Shown: positions 36,052-45,353 of the stretch, one piece after another
Layout of the letters: every line of letters starts with the position of its first letter
How positions within the stretch are numbered: the stretch's first letter is position 1
Assembly (NCBI GenBank): GCA_030278895.1
Contig: JARXKK010000003.1
Location: 4,471 to 68,470 of the forward strand
Reading direction: 5' to 3'
From: Acidobacteriota bacterium
GTDB lineage: Bacteria > Acidobacteriota > Thermoanaerobaculia > UBA5066
Length of the DNA stretch: 64,000 nt
Made by a program: the position numbers and the translations under genes
The notes under the pieces: model-generated
The model's input: the letters and a program-made list of their open reading frames with translations, nothing else
The model's database searches: none
What the model was told of the DNA's origin: nothing

Positions 36052-37877
36052 GGCGTCTGGCCGGGGGGCGCGATGCCGAGGCGCGCGGCCACGAGGCGCG
36101 CCACGTCCAGCTCGCGAACGACGCCGAGGCTCGCGTGTGCGACACCGTCGCCCATGTGAAGGTACAGGCCGTCGAGAGCCGGGTCGGCACCGTAGCCATG
36201 CTGGCCGGGGATCTCGGGCGGGCCGAGCGCCGCGAGGTCGCCGCTGGCCGGGAGCCCGCCGCGCAAGTGGCGCGGGCCGGCCGCGATGAGGATGAGATCT
36301 CCCATGTTCGGATGGGAAACGCCGAGCGCCACGGCTTCGGTGCGGTTCGCGACGACCGCGAAGACGCGCTCGCCACGGTCGTCGCGAGTCTCCCGGAGGA
36401 GCGCTGCGGCCTTCGAGACGACCGCGTCGGCTTCGTCTTCGGGAACGACGCCTCCGGGAAGGCCGACGCGGTTCACGACCACGAAGCCCGTCCCGCCGCT
36501 CGCCCAGATGAAGTCGAGCGGCGAGTCCGGCGCCGTTTCAAGGCGGCCGCCGGCGCCGGGCACGACCTTGAGGAGACCCGCGCTAACGAGTATCGCGGCG
36601 GGAGAGATCGAGCGGTTCATGGCGCGGAAGCCGTGGTCGGACACGAGAAACACGTCGCCCTTCTCACGAAACTTCAGGAATCGGGAGGCGGCCTCGTCCG
36701 CCGAGCGCCACGCGTCGTCGATGCCGGCAGCGGCCTTCGCCGCGCGCTCTTTCGAGTAGGAAGGATTGGCGAGGTCGGTCAGGAGAAGATAGTGATTGCA
36801 GGTGTCGAGGATCGGGATGTACGCGAGGAGAAGATCCCAGTCGGCACTCTGGTCCGCGACTTCGAACGCGTCCAGGAAGAAACGGGTCAGGCGCCGCGCC
36901 TGTTCGAGGAAGCTCGAAACGTCCGGGTCGGCGCCCCTCAGGAGATTTGCATCGGGAAGGCCGGGCCAGAAGCCCGCCCTCGCCTCGATCGCGCGTCGAA
37001 ACTCCGGAGGGCTCGCCTCGGTGTGGAAGACGTCTCCGAGATAGAGCGCGACCGCGGAAAGATCCCTGGAGAGCGTGAGGACCTTCGACCAGCGGCCGAA
37101 GAGGACGCCCGGTTCCGCTCCCTGCTCCCGCCGTTCGGAGAGAGAGAACCACTCGCCTGTACGCGCCCGCGCGCGAACGCTTCCGTCCGCCCCGAGAACG
37201 ACGAGCGTGTCGTAGTTCGTCTCGCCGTCGTCCGTGGAGTCCAAAAGGAGGAAGGGGAGATTCTCGAGGTCGAATCTCTTCGCGGGCGAAAACGAGACGA
37301 CGTCTGCCGGGAGGGAGCTGACGTCCGTGAAGGGTGTCCCTGCCGCCGATCCCTTCCAGAAGGTGGCCTTCGGGAAGACCTCGTTGTAGTGCAGGGACAT
37401 CGCCGTGCGCGAACGGGCCGAGCGCTGCGATGTTCCCGGAAAGCCCATCGACACCACGCGCTTGCCCTGCCGCGCGGCGGCCTCCCAAAGGGTCTCGGTC
37501 TCGGGGTCGACGTCGAAGCCGCGGCGCCGCTCCCTGAGCGCGGTCCCCGCGAGGTGGAACGTGTTTCCGACGATCCCGGTCCTGCCCGGGGGCGCCCCCG
37601 TCGCGAGCGCGACGTGGGAGACCGCCGTCAGGGACGGGGTCACGATCGCCAGGCGGGAAGCGGCCTCGCCCTCCCTGGCCGCCCGCGCGAAACCGTCCGG
37701 TGAGAAGAAGCCGGCCCCGAGGCGGCGCCCCAATTCGAGGCCGCCCGCGCCGTCGAAGGAGACGACGACGACGCGCCTCCCGGGAGTCGCCACCGCAGGA
37801 TCGGCGCCGGTGGCCGGCCAACCGGCCCCGATCGCCGAAACGGCGAGGAGCCGGAACAGGCCGCGTTTCAAGTCCAT
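36048..37877 (-). CDS. Secreted type-I phosphodiesterase / nucleotide pyrophosphatase (NPP, alkaline-phosphatase superfamily)
   Basis: Signal peptide, then VVVVSFDGAG, TPSLTAVSHVALATG (nucleophile Thr context), FLVSDHGF and HGY metal-ligand motifs. Confidence 0.8.
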   Translation of the reverse strand: MDLKRGLFRLLAVSAIGAGWPATGADPAVATPGRRVVVVSFDGAGGLELGRRLGAGFFSPDGFARAAREGEAASRLAIVTPSLTAVSHVALATGAPPGRTGIVGNTFHLAGTALRERRRGFDVDPETETLWEAAARQGKRVVSMGFPGTSQRSARSRTAMSLHYNEVFPKATFWKGSAAGTPFTDVSSLPADVVSFSPAKRFDLENLPFLLLDSTDDGETNYDTLVVLGADGSVRARARTGEWFSLSERREQGAEPGVLFGRWSKVLTLSRDLSAVALYLGDVFHTEASPPEFRRAIEARAGFWPGLPDANLLRGADPDVSSFLEQARRLTRFFLDAFEVADQSADWDLLLAYIPILDTCNHYLLLTDLANPSYSKERAAKAAAGIDDAWRSADEAASRFLKFREKGDVFLVSDHGFRAMNRSISPAAILVSAGLLKVVPGAGGRLETAPDSPLDFIWASGGTGFVVVNRVGLPGGVVPEDEADAVVSKAAALLRETRDDRGERVFAVVANRTEAVALGVSHPNMGDLILIAAGPRHLRGGLPASGDLAALGPPEIPGQHGYGADPALDGLYLHMGDGVAHASLGVVRELDVARLVAARLGIAPPGQTP

Positions 37878-38758
37878 TTGAACTCGATGTCCTTCAGGCG
37901 CGCGAGGAGCCGCCTCGAAGACGCCTGAGCGCGCGCGTGCGCGCGCTCCTCGGCCGCGAGGATCCGCGGCAGGAGGCGCAGCGCGGCGCGCCGGTCGACC
38001 GCTCCCGCGCGACCCGCGAGGCGCCGGACCTGGACGATGAGATCCGCGAGATCGTGCGCGGTCCCGGCGGCTTCCTGAAAACCGACGAGGAGCGGAACGA
38101 GGGCGGCGGCGGGCGACATCGAGACCCCTGCGAATTCGAGGCAGTAGCGGAGATCCCGGGCGACGATCCGCGCCGGATGCAGGCCCGCGGGGCCGGGCAC
38201 TCCGGCGGCGCGAAGGCGTTTCGCGGCCCTTCGCAGCCGTCGCCGGACCGACCTCGCGAGCATCATCTCCGCGCCGGGGTCGGTGGTTCCCGTGAGCGGG
38301 TCGTGGAGGCGCGCGAGGGCCCCCTCCCGGCGGGTGAAGGCGCGGCGCAGCCGGGCGAGCAGGGCGCGTGTGCGGGCGGGGGATGGGCCGGGATCGCCCT
38401 CTTTTGCGAGCCGCGCGGCGAGTCGCTGGGCGATCGGCCGCCGGACCGGATCCCTCCGGAAACGGTTCAGGAGGAGCGTTCGGGCGACGTCCTCCGTCCG
38501 GCGCGTCGAGAGGGCGCGGCGAAGATCCCGCGCAGCGACCCGAAGCGTGCGGCCCGAGCCTTTTCGAGGCGCGTCGCCCGTGAGTCGCGCGAGAGCGGCG
38601 GTCCTTCGCAGCGCGACGCGAAGGTCGTGAAGCGCCTCGCCCGAGGGCGGACCCGAAAGGCGCGCGAGCAGGGTGTCGAGGCGCGCGCGTCTCTCCGAGA
38701 GAGCCGCGGCGGTCCGGGACACGAGGCGCGGGGGGGGAGCCACCTCAGTCGTCGGCAT
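37868..38758 (-). CDS. CHAD-domain protein
   Basis: LHDLRVALRRTAAL, LHPARIVARDLRYCLEF, and FQEAAGTAHDL are the repeated basic-helix signature of CHAD. It overlaps both neighbours (14 nt and 10 nt). Confidence 0.8.
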   Translation of the reverse strand: MPTTEVAPPPRLVSRTAAALSERRARLDTLLARLSGPPSGEALHDLRVALRRTAALARLTGDAPRKGSGRTLRVAARDLRRALSTRRTEDVARTLLLNRFRRDPVRRPIAQRLAARLAKEGDPGPSPARTRALLARLRRAFTRREGALARLHDPLTGTTDPGAEMMLARSVRRRLRRAAKRLRAAGVPGPAGLHPARIVARDLRYCLEFAGVSMSPAAALVPLLVGFQEAAGTAHDLADLIVQVRRLAGRAGAVDRRAALRLLPRILAAEERAHARAQASSRRLLARLKDIEFKWT

Positions 38759-40088
38759 CTTCCTCCCGGCCCGAATAGAGCGCGAGCGTGTCGGATGCCG
38801 CGTCGAAGTCGAAGAGCTGCCCGGAGCGGCCCCAGTTGACGAGCGTCTCGAAGAGCTCCGAGGCGCCCACCGTCGGCAGGCGCTCGGCGAGCAGATCGCG
38901 CACGGAATCTCCCGTGAGCGGGGTGTCGGGATCCTTCGCGAGCTCGCGGATGACGAGACCGAAGACGCCGAGCGTGAGCAGCTCGACGCGGAGGAGCGCG
39001 GGCCGCCCGGCAGTCGAGGCGCTGACCATCCGGCGGCCGATTTCCGTGAGCACGACGTCGTTTTTCGGCGTGTCGACGAGCTCGAGCATCTCGGCCCCTT
39101 TCGCGACCGCGATCGTGCGCCCGAAGTCGTAGTCCGTCAGCGCGTCGATGTCGAAGAGGTTCATCGTGCCGCCGTGATCCGCCAGGATCTCGAGGAGGCC
39201 GAGGATCTCGCCGACGCGCACGGCCGGGAGCGGGGCGACGGGGCCGGCGACGCGGCGCCCCGGTCCCGTGGCCGAGGGGGCGGACGGAGAGTCGGGGAGG
39301 TGAACTCCCGTGACGACGTCGTGAATCAGCTCGACCATCTGGAGGAAGGCGGGGCTGCGGTACTCGCGGGGGTGCGGCACCGTGTTCACGATCTCGCGGC
39401 GCACCGTGCCGGGGTTCGCGCCGAGGACGACGATGCGGTCGCCGAGGAACACGGCCTCCTCGATGAGGTGCGTGATGAGGAGAACCGAGGAGAGCCCGCT
39501 CGTCCGTTCCGTGAAGAGGCGGTAGACCTCGGTGCGGAGCAGCTCCGCGGTCAGCACGTCGAGGGCCGAGAACGGCTCGTCCATGCAGAGGAGCTCGGGC
39601 CGCCCGACGAGCGCCCGCGCGATCCCGACGCGCTGCTTCATGCCGCCGGAGAGCTCCTTCGGGTAGTCGCGCTCGTGCCCCGAGAGTCCGACGGCGGCGA
39701 GCACCGCCTTGACGCGCTCCTCCGCCTCGCCCGCGGGCAGGGGGCGGCCGTTCAGGCCCACGCGCACGTTGTCGGAGACCGACAGCCACGGGAAGAGGGC
39801 GAAGTTCTGGAACACGACCGCGGCGCCGGGGTGGATGCCCTCGAGCGGCTTGCCGTGCTGCTCGACGGTTCCCGCGCTCGGCGGGATCAGGCCGATGAGA
39901 AGGCGCAGCAGCGTGGACTTCCCGCAGCCGGAGGGCCCGAGGACCGCCACGACTTCGTTTTCCCTGACCTCGAAGTCGACGTTCTTGAGGATGACGCGCT
40001 TCCGCCCCGCCTCGTCGGCGTAAACCTTGTCGACGCCGCGGGCGGCGGCGATCGGGGGAGCGGCGGCGGGGCTCGGGCGGGCGCTCAT
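38745..40088 (-). CDS. ABC transporter ATPase (nitrate/sulfonate/taurine type) with extra C-terminal AAA-associated domain
   Basis: Walker A GPSGCGKST, LSGGMKQRVGIARAL, LLCMDEPFSALD, then a roughly 190-aa non-ABC C-terminal domain. ATGA overlap with the permease gene at 40085-40088. Confidence 0.85.
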   Translation of the reverse strand: MSARPSPAAAPPIAAARGVDKVYADEAGRKRVILKNVDFEVRENEVVAVLGPSGCGKSTLLRLLIGLIPPSAGTVEQHGKPLEGIHPGAAVVFQNFALFPWLSVSDNVRVGLNGRPLPAGEAEERVKAVLAAVGLSGHERDYPKELSGGMKQRVGIARALVGRPELLCMDEPFSALDVLTAELLRTEVYRLFTERTSGLSSVLLITHLIEEAVFLGDRIVVLGANPGTVRREIVNTVPHPREYRSPAFLQMVELIHDVVTGVHLPDSPSAPSATGPGRRVAGPVAPLPAVRVGEILGLLEILADHGGTMNLFDIDALTDYDFGRTIAVAKGAEMLELVDTPKNDVVLTEIGRRMVSASTAGRPALLRVELLTLGVFGLVIRELAKDPDTPLTGDSVRDLLAERLPTVGASELFETLVNWGRSGQLFDFDAASDTLALYSGREEDADD

Positions 40089-41809
40089 CGGTTGAGACTG
40101 TACTTCGTCTCGGCGAGGCGGTAGAGCCGGCGCCAAACGAGGCGGTTCAGGAGGACGAGGGCGAGCGACATCGTCAGGACTCCCGCGGTCAGGAGCGGGA
40201 AGTTGGCTTCGCGCGTGGCCTTCGTGATGAGAGAGCCGAGACCGAACGTCTCCAGCGTCTTCCCCCGCCACGTCAGCGTCTCGGCGACGATCGACGCGTT
40301 CCATGCGCCCCCGGCGGCCGTTACGAGGCCCGTCACGAGGAAGGGAAACACCGCCGGCACGAAGAGCATGCGCCAGCGAGCGCGGCCCTTCATCGCATAG
40401 ACGTCGGCGGCCTCGTCGAGATCGTGAGGGATGGCGCTGGCCCCCGCGAGGACGTTGAAGAGGACGTACCACTGCGCCCCCAGGAACATGAGGACCGCGG
40501 CGATCGCCCCGAATGGCACGTGGAGCACGAGAAGGACGCCGGTCACGATCGGAAAGAGCATGGGAGCCGGAAACGACGCCACGATCTGGATGACGGGCTG
40601 GAGCCGCCGCGACCAGACGGCGGAGCGGCCCACGAGGATTCCGATCGGCAGTGTCCAGGCCGTCGCGAGGGCGAGAGCCGCGAGAGTCCTCAGGAACGTC
40701 GCGCCGAGGGCTCCGGCCAGCACCACCCATTCGCCGGAGGGGACCCGCGCGAGGAGCCCCACGAGCTTCCACGCTCCGAGGAGCGCGCCCGCGGCGGCGA
40801 CGAGGCCGACCGCGGCGAGGATGCCGGTGCGGACGCGTTCACCGCTCGCGCCGGAGATGGCCTCCGCGACCGCGAGCATCGGAGCGGGAGACGGAGGCGT
40901 GGCGCGACGGCGCCGCCGTCTGCGCAGACGGAGCCTCCGGAGAAAGGCCGATCGGCGCACGAGGTTCAGCACCCACGATTCCGGCGCGGCCTCGCCTTCG
41001 ACGTCCGCATTGCGGAAGCGCTGCGACCAGGCGACGAGAGGGCGCCATAGGAGCTGATCGCATGCCACGATCATGACGATCATCGCGACGATGGCCCACG
41101 CCATGGCCCTCCCGTCACCCTTCTCGATCGCGACGGCCATGTACGAGCCGATGCCGGGCAGCCGGAAGTCCCGGTCCCCGAGCGTGAACGCCTCGTTGAC
41201 GGTCAGGAAGAACCAGCCTCCGGCCATGGACATCATCGAGTTCCAGACGAGCCCGATGACGGACGAGGAAACCTCCACGGTCCGAAAGCGCTTCCAGAAC
41301 GAGAAGCGGTGGATGCGGGCGACCTCGTGGAGCTCTTCGGGAATCGAGCGGAGGGAGCCGATGTAGGAAAACGTCATGTTCCAGACCTGCCCGGTGAAGA
41401 TCATGACGATGCAGGCGAGCTCGAGACCGACGTTCGTTCGCGGGAAGAGCGCGACCATTCCGAGGACGAGGCCCGGGAGGAAACCGAGCACCGGGATTCC
41501 CTGCCCGATGTCGAGGAGCGGCAGCATGATCTTCTCGGCGCGCTTGCCGTGGGCGGCGATCGTCCCGTAGGTGAGCGTGAAGGCCAGCGACAGGAGGTAC
41601 GCCGCGAAGCCGCGCGACAGCGAGAGCAGGGTGTAAAGAGGCAGGGCCGAGGGGGAGAGATCGATCTCCACGGCCTGGCGCATCGGCGCTTCCCAGCGCT
41701 GGGCGAGTCCGACGACGCCCGCCACGAGTGCGCCGAGCGCGACGACCAGGGCGACGTCGATGGCGAGTCCCGAGACACGGCCCCCGGGGCGCCGGGGCGA
41801 TTGGATCAG
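40085..41809 (-). CDS. Duplicated (two-domain) ABC permease
   Basis: Two BPD-type permease halves separated by an Arg-rich cytoplasmic linker (RRLRLRRRRRRRATPP). The start is uncertain. The only upstream candidate keeping the first TM helix is CTG 41809, which overlaps the upstream stop (CTGA). The next ATG is at 41683. Confidence 0.75.
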   Translation of the reverse strand: MIQSPRRPGGRVSGLAIDVALVVALGALVAGVVGLAQRWEAPMRQAVEIDLSPSALPLYTLLSLSRGFAAYLLSLAFTLTYGTIAAHGKRAEKIMLPLLDIGQGIPVLGFLPGLVLGMVALFPRTNVGLELACIVMIFTGQVWNMTFSYIGSLRSIPEELHEVARIHRFSFWKRFRTVEVSSSVIGLVWNSMMSMAGGWFFLTVNEAFTLGDRDFRLPGIGSYMAVAIEKGDGRAMAWAIVAMIVMIVACDQLLWRPLVAWSQRFRNADVEGEAAPESWVLNLVRRSAFLRRLRLRRRRRRRATPPSPAPMLAVAEAISGASGERVRTGILAAVGLVAAAGALLGAWKLVGLLARVPSGEWVVLAGALGATFLRTLAALALATAWTLPIGILVGRSAVWSRRLQPVIQIVASFPAPMLFPIVTGVLLVLHVPFGAIAAVLMFLGAQWYVLFNVLAGASAIPHDLDEAADVYAMKGRARWRMLFVPAVFPFLVTGLVTAAGGAWNASIVAETLTWRGKTLETFGLGSLITKATREANFPLLTAGVLTMSLALVLLNRLVWRRLYRLAETKYSLNR

Positions 41810-43575
41810 GGCCGTGGCCTCCTCGGGAGGATGAGACTCGAGCCTGCCTCGACGATCGGCAGGTCGGGAGAGGGATATCCCACGTGCCAGCCCTGCGCGC
41901 GATCGACGCCCAGCTCCGGAAGGATCTCCATGACCTCCTCGGATTCGACGCCCTCGGCCACGGTCTTCACCCCGAGTCCGCGGCAGATGCCCGCGATCCC
42001 CCGAACGAAGACGCGGTTCGCCTTCTCTTTCGGGAGGTCCCGGACGTAGCTGATGTCGAGCTTCAGCGACGAGACGGGCAGCTCCCGGAGGTAGCGGAAC
42101 GACGAGAAGCCCATGCCGAAATCGTCGAGCGCGAAATGAAAGCCTTCGCTCGTGAGCGCGAGCGTGAAATCGCGCACGCGGTCGAAGTCCCGGAGCGCGG
42201 CGGTCTCCGTGATCTCGAACGTGACGCGCTCGGGGCGGATGCCTTTCGCGCGGGCCATCCGCGAGATGTCCGCGACGAGCGTGTCGTCGTCGAAGTCGAG
42301 GCCCGACAGGTTGATGCCGATCTCGAGCTCGGGACTGATCTTCTTGCGGGCGGCCGCGAGGGCGTCGAAGGCCGCCGTGATGATGGCGCGATCGATCGCC
42401 GTCACGATGCCGAAGCGCTCGGCAGCGCCGAGAAATTCCGCCGGGAGCGCAATGCGCCCATCGGGCTCGCGCATCCGGGCGAGCGTCTCGACGGCCACGG
42501 TGCGGCCCGTGCCGACCTCCGCGACCGGCTGGAAGTAGGGCACGAACCGCGACTCGGCGAGAGCGGCGCGAATGCGGTTCGACTGCTCGCGCAGCCGGCC
42601 CGTGCGGTCGCGTTCGCGATCGAGCGGGTCGTGGAGGCGCACGCGGCTCCCGCCGCGCCGCTTGGCCTGGTGCATCGCGAGATCGGCCGCGAGAAAGAGG
42701 TCGGCGGCGCCGCCCGCGTGCTCGGGGAACACCGCGACGCCCGCGCTCGCGGTCAGCGTGAGAGCGTTTCCTTCCCACAGGGGCGCGAGCCGGCGGATGA
42801 GCGCGATCACCGCCTCGGCGCGCGGAGCGGCTTCCGCCGCGGAGGCGCCGGGGAGCAGGATCGCGATTTCGTCGCCGCCGACGCGCCCCGCGGTCTCACC
42901 GGCCATCAGCGTGCCGCGAAGAGCCTCGGCCATCGAGCGGAGGTATGAGTCGCCCGCGTTGAGACCGTGGGTGTCGTTCAGGGTCTTGAAATTGTCGAGC
43001 CCGAAAACGAGGAGGGCGAGGGGCCGGCCGAAGAGGTCGGCGCGCGCGAGTTCCCGCTCGAGCTCGAAGTGGAACTGCTCGCGGTTCGCGAAACCGGTGA
43101 GCGCGTCGGCGGCCTCGGCCACGGTCTCGCCGGGCTGCGCGCGCGAGGGGTCGCCGATCGCGCCGGTTACCTCGCGGGCGGCGGCCAGAAATCCTCCGGC
43201 CGCGGACTCTGAGGCGATGCGCGTCGTGATCCAGAAAACGCGCTCGACGGTTTCGGGTCCCGCCGGAACGCGCACCTCGAAGTTTCGCGCGCCTCCCGGC
43301 AGGGCCGTCGCCTCGATCAGGCTGTCGCGCCCCGCCGGAGAGAGCCAGAAAGGGGGCGCGCTTTCGGGCGCGTCGTCGAAGGTCCCCGGCCCGGGCGTGC
43401 CCTCGGCGAGCGCGGCCTCGTTCGCGAGGAGGACACGGCCCGCGCGGTCGAAGAGGGCCGTGGAGTCCGGCGAATCCACGAGCAGGGACACCGGGCGTCG
43501 TGTGACGCCGGAACCCTTCCGCCCTTCGCGTATGCGGATTGGTTGTGTGTCCGTCTGCGATCGGCTCTTCTGCAC
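41806..43575 (-). CDS. PAS-GGDEF-EAL c-di-GMP turnover protein
   Basis: GGDEF domain (RVGGDEIAILL), EAL domain (PYFQPV, VETLARM, FEITE, DDFGMGFSS, LKLD, AEGVES). GTG start. Confidence 0.85.
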   Translation of the reverse strand: MQKSRSQTDTQPIRIREGRKGSGVTRRPVSLLVDSPDSTALFDRAGRVLLANEAALAEGTPGPGTFDDAPESAPPFWLSPAGRDSLIEATALPGGARNFEVRVPAGPETVERVFWITTRIASESAAGGFLAAAREVTGAIGDPSRAQPGETVAEAADALTGFANREQFHFELERELARADLFGRPLALLVFGLDNFKTLNDTHGLNAGDSYLRSMAEALRGTLMAGETAGRVGGDEIAILLPGASAAEAAPRAEAVIALIRRLAPLWEGNALTLTASAGVAVFPEHAGGAADLFLAADLAMHQAKRRGGSRVRLHDPLDRERDRTGRLREQSNRIRAALAESRFVPYFQPVAEVGTGRTVAVETLARMREPDGRIALPAEFLGAAERFGIVTAIDRAIITAAFDALAAARKKISPELEIGINLSGLDFDDDTLVADISRMARAKGIRPERVTFEITETAALRDFDRVRDFTLALTSEGFHFALDDFGMGFSSFRYLRELPVSSLKLDISYVRDLPKEKANRVFVRGIAGICRGLGVKTVAEGVESEEVMEILPELGVDRAQGWHVGYPSPDLPIVEAGSSLILPRRPRP

Positions 43576-43602
43576 GGCTTGTTGCCCCCAGGCTCGGGCC
43601 GA

Positions 43603-44088
43603 TTATCGCCCGAGACGGTCGAGGGCGGGTCCGGCGAGCCGGTAGACCTGCCATCCGTCCATCGGGACCGCTCCGAGACGCCTGTAGAAACCGATCGCCG
43701 GTTCGTTCCAGGTGAGGACGCTCCACTCCATGCGCCCGCATTTGCGGGCGACCGCGAGCCGGGCGAGATGCGTGAGAAGGGCCTCGCCGATCCCGAGCCC
43801 CCGGAAGGCAGGCTTCACGAAGAGATCCTCGAGATAAAGGCCGGGCCGGGTGAGCCACGTCGAGTAGTTGTGGAAGAAGAGCGCGAAGCCCACGGTCTCT
43901 CCGGCCCGCTCCGCCAGGACGACTTCGGCGAATCGCGTCGCCCCGAAGAGATGCGCCTCGAGGAGTCGAGGGTCGGCATGGCAGTCCTCGGGCTGCTTCT
44001 CGTACACAGCCAGATCGCGGATCAGCGAGACGATCGCAGGCACGTCGGCCGGCCGCGCGTCGCGCAGGGTGAACGAGGCCGTGCCCAT
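43603..44088 (-). CDS. GNAT-family N-acetyltransferase (diamine/spermidine acetyltransferase-like)
   Basis: LEDLFVKPAFRGLGIGEALL acetyl-CoA motif; overall SSAT-like pattern. Confidence 0.8.
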   Translation of the reverse strand: MGTASFTLRDARPADVPAIVSLIRDLAVYEKQPEDCHADPRLLEAHLFGATRFAEVVLAERAGETVGFALFFHNYSTWLTRPGLYLEDLFVKPAFRGLGIGEALLTHLARLAVARKCGRMEWSVLTWNEPAIGFYRRLGAVPMDGWQVYRLAGPALDRLGR

Positions 44089-44092
44089 GACG

Positions 44093-44728
44093 TCACCTTC
44101 CTCCCTGGATGATGTCCCGGAGAACCGTCGTCGCGCCGTTGATCACGAACTGAACGCCGATCACCGCCGTGATGAGGGCCATGATCTTCGACACGATGCG
44201 CTGTCCGGTTTCGCCGAGGCGCTCGACGATGGACGGCGAGCCCACGAGGATCAGGAACGTCAGAAGGATGTTCGTGGCGATCGCTCCCGCGAGCGCCAGG
44301 CGATGCAGGCCGTCCGGGGTCTGACCGATCAGCACCATCACCGTCGAGATGGCGCCGGGGCCGGCGATGAGCGGGATGCCGAGCGGCACGACCGACGGGT
44401 CCGCGCGCCGCGCATCCTCGGGGTCCACCTCCGCGCGGTGGTCCTGCACGCCTCCGATGCCGAGAACGGTGAAGATGATGCCGCCGGCGATCTGAAACGC
44501 CGGAACCGTGATGCCGTAAAACGCGAAGATCGCGCCGCCGGCCGCGGCGAAGACCGCGAGGACCCCGGCCGCCGCGAGGCACGCCCGGAGCGCGATGCGG
44601 CGCCGCGCCCTTCCTGTCGCACCGGGCGTGAGCGACACGAAGATCGGTGCCGCCGAGATCGGGTTGATGACGGCGAACAGCGACGAAAATGCGAGGAGGG
44701 CGAACTGGGCGGCGCGCGTTGCAAGCAT
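44093..44728 (-). CDS. MarC-family integral membrane protein
   Basis: FSSLFAVINPISAAPIFVSLT signature and 6 TM helices. Start at internal ATG 44728. Confidence 0.8.
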   Translation of the reverse strand: MLATRAAQFALLAFSSLFAVINPISAAPIFVSLTPGATGRARRRIALRACLAAAGVLAVFAAAGGAIFAFYGITVPAFQIAGGIIFTVLGIGGVQDHRAEVDPEDARRADPSVVPLGIPLIAGPGAISTVMVLIGQTPDGLHRLALAGAIATNILLTFLILVGSPSIVERLGETGQRIVSKIMALITAVIGVQFVINGATTVLRDIIQGGR

Positions 44729-44768
44729 CGGGCAGGCGATCTTACGGTGGAAGGTGTAAAACCCCCGC

Positions 44769-45353
44769 GTGTCCTCGCCCTCCACGACGCCCTTCTATGG
44801 CCGGCTCACGAAGCGCGTCGGGGCGGCCCGTCTCGCGGCCGCGCTGCCGCACGTGCCGGCCGGCGCGCGCGTCCTCGACGTCGGCTGCGGCCTGACGGAT
44901 CTGCCGGCGCGCTTCCCGTCGTACACGGGCTGTGACCGGGATCCGGACGTGCTCGCGGTGCAGCGGGAGAGATTTCCGAAGAGTGATTTCTTCGAATGGG
45001 ACATTGGGCGAGGCGCGGCTCCGGCGGCGCTCCAGGCGAGGGCACCCTTCGAAGGAATTCTCCTTCTCGCGGTCCTCGAGCACGTGGCCGACCCTTCCGC
45101 GATCCTCTCCCGCCTCTTCCCTCTCCTTTCCCCGGGAGGCCGGTTGATCGCGACGACGCCGCACCCGATCGGGCGCATTCCGTTGGACGCCGGAGCCTCG
45201 CTCGGCCTCCTGTCGTCCCACGCCCACGAAGAGCACGAGGACCTCCTCTCGCGGAAGGACCTCGAGGCGGCAGGACGGGCCGCGGGCCTATCGTTGATCA
45301 CCTATCGGCGCTTCCTCTTCGGCATGAACCAGCTCGCGGTCTTCTCCCGGTGA
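44769..45353 (+). CDS. Class I SAM-dependent methyltransferase
   Basis: VLDVGCG motif I, LLLAVLEHV, LSPGGRLI. GTG start. Confidence 0.75.
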   Translation: MSSPSTTPFYGRLTKRVGAARLAAALPHVPAGARVLDVGCGLTDLPARFPSYTGCDRDPDVLAVQRERFPKSDFFEWDIGRGAAPAALQARAPFEGILLLAVLEHVADPSAILSRLFPLLSPGGRLIATTPHPIGRIPLDAGASLGLLSSHAHEEHEDLLSRKDLEAAGRAAGLSLITYRRFLFGMNQLAVFSR

